Source of the DNA: Prosthecobacter sp.
GTDB lineage: Bacteria; Verrucomicrobiota; Verrucomicrobiia; Verrucomicrobiales; Verrucomicrobiaceae
Assembly (NCBI GenBank): GCA_044355475.1
Contig: JBIKYB010000001.1
Location: 1,153-65,152, forward strand
Reading direction: 5' to 3'
DNA: 64,000 nucleotides
Numbering within the stretch: the first letter of the stretch is position 1; each line of letters starts with the position of its first letter. Below, piece after piece: positions 60,234-64,000 of this stretch. The translations under genes were made by a program, and so were the position numbers. Below the pieces are notes generated by a model that saw nothing but the letters and a program-made list of their open reading frames with translations, made no database searches and was not told the origin of the DNA.

Positions 60234-61697
60234 TTACCCCAACACCTTCTTCCGCACGATCTCCGTGACCATCTTCGGGTTCGCCTTGCCTTGGCTGGCT
60301 TTCATGGCCTGGCCGGTGAACCAGTTCATGGCCTTCTCGTTGCCGCCTTTGACCTCGGCGACTTTGTCGGGGTTCGCGGCGAGGATTTGCTCGACGATGG
60401 CCTCCAGAGCACCGGTGTCGCTGACCTGCTCGAAGCCTTTGGCTTTGATGATTTCGGCAGCGGGTTTGCCGGTCTCGAACATCTCGGCAAAGACCTCCTT
60501 GGCCTGGTTGTTGGAGATTTTTCCGGCTTCGACGGTGGCAACGAGTGCGCTGAGCGCTTCCGGCTTCACCGGGCATTCGGCCAGGCTGAGGGAGCGGTCG
60601 TTCAGGGCACCGAGGAGGTCGTTGATCACCCAGTTGGCGATCTTTTTGGCCGGAACGCCTTTGTCAGCGGCCACGGCAGCCTCATACCAGGCGGCGAGTT
60701 CCTTCTCGCTGGCGAGCACGCCGGCATCGTAGGTGCTGCAGCCGTAGTCTGCCTCAAAGCGGGCGCGTTTTTCATGCGGCAGCTCGGGAACCTGCGGTTT
60801 CATCTTGGCGACGAGTGCGGCGGTGCGAACCGGTAGCAGATCGGGATCGGGGAAGTAGCGGTAGTCATGCGCGTCTTCCTTCGTGCGCATGAGCGTGGTC
60901 TCGCCGCGGTCATCGTCCCAGCGGCGGGTGCTTTGGATGAGTTTTTCGCCGCGATCCAGGGCCTCGGCCTGACGCTCGGTCTCAAACTTGATGGCGCGAC
61001 GCACGGCGGACATCGAGTTGAGGTTTTTCAGCTCGATCTTCGCTCCCAGCTCATTTTGGCCTTCGGGGCGCAGGGAAATGTTCACGTCGCAGCGCAGGTT
61101 GCCCTTTTCCATGTCGGCATCGCTCACGCCGCCGTAGATCAAGATCTGCCGCAGGCTGGTCAGGTAGGCGAAGGCCTCCTCCGCGCTGTCGATGTCGGGA
61201 TCGCTGACGATTTCCATCAGCGGCGTGCCCGCGCGGTTGAAGTCGAGCGTGGTGAACTTGTCATAGTGCGTGGACTTGCCCACGTCTTCTTCCAAATGGA
61301 TGCGAGTGAGCTTCACCACCTTGCCGGGTTTCGCGATGCTCTTCTGCGCGTCCTTCGGATACGCCAGGTCATACAGCGGCACGCCGCCGCCAATGCACAG
61401 CGGCAGGTCGAACTGCGTGATCTGGTAGTTCTTCGGCATGTCCGGGTAGAAGTAGTTTTTGCGGTCCCACTTCACCAGCGGCGGCGTCTCGCAGCCCAGC
61501 ATCATCCCGGTGAGGATGGTCTTCTCGATGGCCGCAGCATTCAGCACGGGCAAAGCGCCCGGCAGGCCGAGGCAGGTGGGGCAGGTGTGCGTGTTCGGCT
61601 CCGCGCCATACTCCACCGGACAGGCGCAGAACATCTTGCTCTGCGTGGTGAGCTGCGCGTGAACTTCGAGGCCGATGGTGACGATGTACTTGGGCAT
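60234..61697 (-). CDS. gatB: Asp/Glu-tRNA amidotransferase subunit B
   Basis: IGLEVHAQL, RKNYFYPD, IHLEED, NRAGTPLMEIV, YRYFPDPDL, GKANP. Confidence 0.97.
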   Translation of the reverse strand: MPKYIVTIGLEVHAQLTTQSKMFCACPVEYGAEPNTHTCPTCLGLPGALPVLNAAAIEKTILTGMMLGCETPPLVKWDRKNYFYPDMPKNYQITQFDLPLCIGGGVPLYDLAYPKDAQKSIAKPGKVVKLTRIHLEEDVGKSTHYDKFTTLDFNRAGTPLMEIVSDPDIDSAEEAFAYLTSLRQILIYGGVSDADMEKGNLRCDVNISLRPEGQNELGAKIELKNLNSMSAVRRAIKFETERQAEALDRGEKLIQSTRRWDDDRGETTLMRTKEDAHDYRYFPDPDLLPVRTAALVAKMKPQVPELPHEKRARFEADYGCSTYDAGVLASEKELAAWYEAAVAADKGVPAKKIANWVINDLLGALNDRSLSLAECPVKPEALSALVATVEAGKISNNQAKEVFAEMFETGKPAAEIIKAKGFEQVSDTGALEAIVEQILAANPDKVAEVKGGNEKAMNWFTGQAMKASQGKANPKMVTEIVRKKVLG

Positions 61698-61899
61698 GAC
61701 GGATGCGCCAAGCCAAAGCCGAAATCGTGGGCGGATGCAAGGGCGAAGCTGGAAACGAGGCGTGGAAACCTCGGACTTACGCGTCAAAACTTCGAGCGTC
61801 CAGGGACCCGGATTGACTGCCGCAGATTTGGAAAAACAATCTGTGGCTTCCCTGAATCTGTGGCAAAAACAAACTGACCGTCTTTTCAAATGAACCCTC

Positions 61900-62781
61900 T
61901 CACCGCAGCAGCACCGGCTGCGGGCGCTGGTAAACGATGGCGTCCATCGCTTGTTCGAGGGCCAGTCCGCCGAGCACGGGCTGCAAATCGGGATGATTGG
62001 CCGCTTCCTCGACCTTCTTCATCTGCATCAGCCCGGCGAAGTCTTGTTTCCGGATGGCCTCACGCACGTTGTCGTCGTAGCCGAGCTCGACAATGCGCGG
62101 GTGGTTCAGCGCCTGGGCTGTGGCAGGGCTTTGGGCGGCGAGTTGCTGCCACATGCTGCCTTCCGGCCACAGAATCAGCAGGCGGGCCAGGTTGGCGGTG
62201 GGCTTGATGTCGTAGGGGTCGAGCTTTTTCGCCACGCTGCCCAGGAAGCTGTTGTCGATGCGTTGGCTGAGGCTGTACCAGATGGATTTCGTCTGGCTTC
62301 CGAGCTCGCCACCTTTGTTCATGATCTCGGCGGCGTTTTCCATGCCGTAGAGGCTGCCCACCAGCCGCAGCACCATGCTGCCGATCCACAAGAACGCGCC
62401 AGAGGGCAGAAAGCTGATGATCAGCCCCTTCCAGCCATCCAGGCCGCCGAGCATTTTCAGCAGGCCGAAGGCAGCCAGAAAATAGGTGCCCATCTTGCAC
62501 AAAAAATAGGTCAGCACGCCGGCGGCGACGGACAGTATGAGCAGCCGGTCGGTGGTGATGCTCACGCCCGCTGCGCCGAAAATCTGCACGCGGTGCCGGA
62601 ACACATACCAGGCCGCGCCCACGGACACGGCGAGCGTCACCATGCCGAGAAGCTGCTTCACCACGCCGCGTGAAAAGGCCAGCCCGGCGGTGAAGGCGAT
62701 GAATCCCACGATGCCGATGGTGGCCCACATGCTAGAGGGCACCTTCTGGACGTTCTGGAGCACTTCGGTGGTCGTGGGCAT
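61900..62781 (-). CDS. Hypothetical membrane protein (CvpA-like N-terminus)
   Basis: Four hydrophobic segments, AFSRGVVKQLL. Confidence 0.65.
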   Translation of the reverse strand: MPTTTEVLQNVQKVPSSMWATIGIVGFIAFTAGLAFSRGVVKQLLGMVTLAVSVGAAWYVFRHRVQIFGAAGVSITTDRLLILSVAAGVLTYFLCKMGTYFLAAFGLLKMLGGLDGWKGLIISFLPSGAFLWIGSMVLRLVGSLYGMENAAEIMNKGGELGSQTKSIWYSLSQRIDNSFLGSVAKKLDPYDIKPTANLARLLILWPEGSMWQQLAAQSPATAQALNHPRIVELGYDDNVREAIRKQDFAGLMQMKKVEEAANHPDLQPVLGGLALEQAMDAIVYQRPQPVLLR

Positions 62782-63103
62782 GGACTCGGGGTGTGAGGGC
62801 GGCCCATCGTAACATCTCCCGCCGCCCTGTCTCGCGAGAAAATGGCCTCAGCCATAACCATGCAGTAGGCTTGATGCGAAGTTGGAATCACCAAGGTTCA
62901 AGTGCCCAATGACCAGGGAATGCCCCAAAAGCCAAGGCCCAGATGGCTCCACCTGCGGGTGAATCTTCCTGGCTGAAATGCAACGGACAGCAGAATGGAG
63001 GACAGCAGAATAAAACCCCATTCTGCTTTCCGACTCGGTATTCCAATCGAATTTTCACGGCTTAGAGCAGGCAGCGTCATGGGCTCGACTGCATGGTTAC
63101 GGC

Positions 63104-64000
63104 TCAGCAGAGGTCCTGCATCGCCCGCAGCTTCGCATGCGCCGCGCCACGGCTGAGCAGTTCCTCCGCCAGCGCCTTGCCTGCTTCCAGGTCTGCGGCC
63201 TTGCCGGTGATGACAAAGCCAGCCGCCGCGTTGAGCACGGCGATGTCGCGTTTCGCGCCTTTGAGGGTCCCGGCCAGCACGCTTTCGAGTATCGCGGCAT
63301 TCTCCGTCGCATCGCCGCCGACGAGGTCTTCGAGCTTTGCTTTGCCGAAGCCGAGAGCCTTGGGGTCGATCTTCGTCTCGCTCAGCCTGCCATTTTCAAG
63401 CTGGCAGACTTCGTTCATGCCCAGCGTGGAGAGTTCATCCATGCCTTGGCCACCACCAGCGCTGCCATGCACCACCCAGGCACCTTGGCGGCCGAGCTGG
63501 ACGAGGATTTCGCCAAAAGCTCGCGTCAGTTTCGGATCAAATACGCCGATGAGCTGGTAGTCCGGCCGACTTGGGTTTAGCAACGGCCCCAGCACGTTGA
63601 AAATCGAGCGCTGGCCCTCGGCGGCGAGCCTCTTCCGCGCTTCGACCACCGCCTTGAACGCCGGATGATACAGCGGCGCGAAAAAGAAGCCCAAACCGAT
63701 GCTTTCGATGCCCGCGACGACTTTCTCCTTCGGCAGGTCGATCTTGATGCCCAGCGCCTCCAGCACATCCGCGCCACCCGCTTTCGAGGTGATGCCCCGG
63801 TTCCCATGCTTCGTCACGCACACACCACCCGCAGCCAGGATGAACATCGCCGTGCTGGACACATTGAAGAGATGCAGTTGATCCCCACCCGTGCCGACCA
63901 CATCCAGCATCGGTCCCGGCAGCTTCGTGCGGTCCAGGCCTGGATCGACCGCCAGCTTGAGGAATTCATTCACAAAGGCCGCGATCTCCGCCGGCGTCTC
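63104..64000 (-). CDS. trpD: Anthranilate phosphoribosyltransferase, 5' end outside the window
   Basis: DVVGTGGD, FNVSS, KHGNR, GGADVLEALG, FNVLGPLLNP, GMDE. Confidence 0.95.
   Translation of the reverse strand, partial: ETPAEIAAFVNEFLKLAVDPGLDRTKLPGPMLDVVGTGGDQLHLFNVSSTAMFILAAGGVCVTKHGNRGITSKAGGADVLEALGIKIDLPKEKVVAGIESIGLGFFFAPLYHPAFKAVVEARKRLAAEGQRSIFNVLGPLLNPSRPDYQLIGVFDPKLTRAFGEILVQLGRQGAWVVHGSAGGGQGMDELSTLGMNEVCQLENGRLSETKIDPKALGFGKAKLEDLVGGDATENAAILESVLAGTLKGAKRDIAVLNAAAGFVITGKAADLEAGKALAEELLSRGAAHAKLRAMQDLC

Noticed and set aside
61765-61815. Degenerate heptamer array upstream of gatB
   Set aside because: Periodicity too weak to distinguish from chance

Overview
GC-rich bacterial chromosome segment, most consistent with Verrucomicrobiota (inferred from PEP-CTERM proteins, DUF1501 plus DUF1549/DUF1553 cytochrome genes and DUF1080). 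Most of it is housekeeping or metabolic: recG, gatB, mpl, alr, glpK, nuoG, trpD (partial), murU/amgK-like, nsrR-like and several hydrolases. Two accessory patches stand out: (i) ~7.9-15.2 kb, TPR/HExxH protein + Type III-like Mod + Res + small protein/HNH pair; (ii) ~48.4-51.4 kb, orphan UPF0175 antitoxin, HEPN-motif protein, FGE-domain protein and J-domain protein. The strongest signal is a set of palindrome-bounded nuclease cassettes that sit in or between host genes without breaking them. A REP-associated HUH/Y1 transposase (RAYT) domain, bounded by 41-bp inverted REP arms, lies in-frame inside the helicase core of RecG and has no start or stop of its own. A GxxExxY nuclease gene is bounded by two hairpins with 28-bp arms, and one hairpin is translated as the apparent signal peptide of the next gene. 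Several solo repeat remnants of other families are scattered through the window. A KefB/KefC gene is frameshifted in a G8 tract. No rRNA, tRNA, CRISPR array or integrase was recognised. All family calls come from motifs read by eye; no database search was run.
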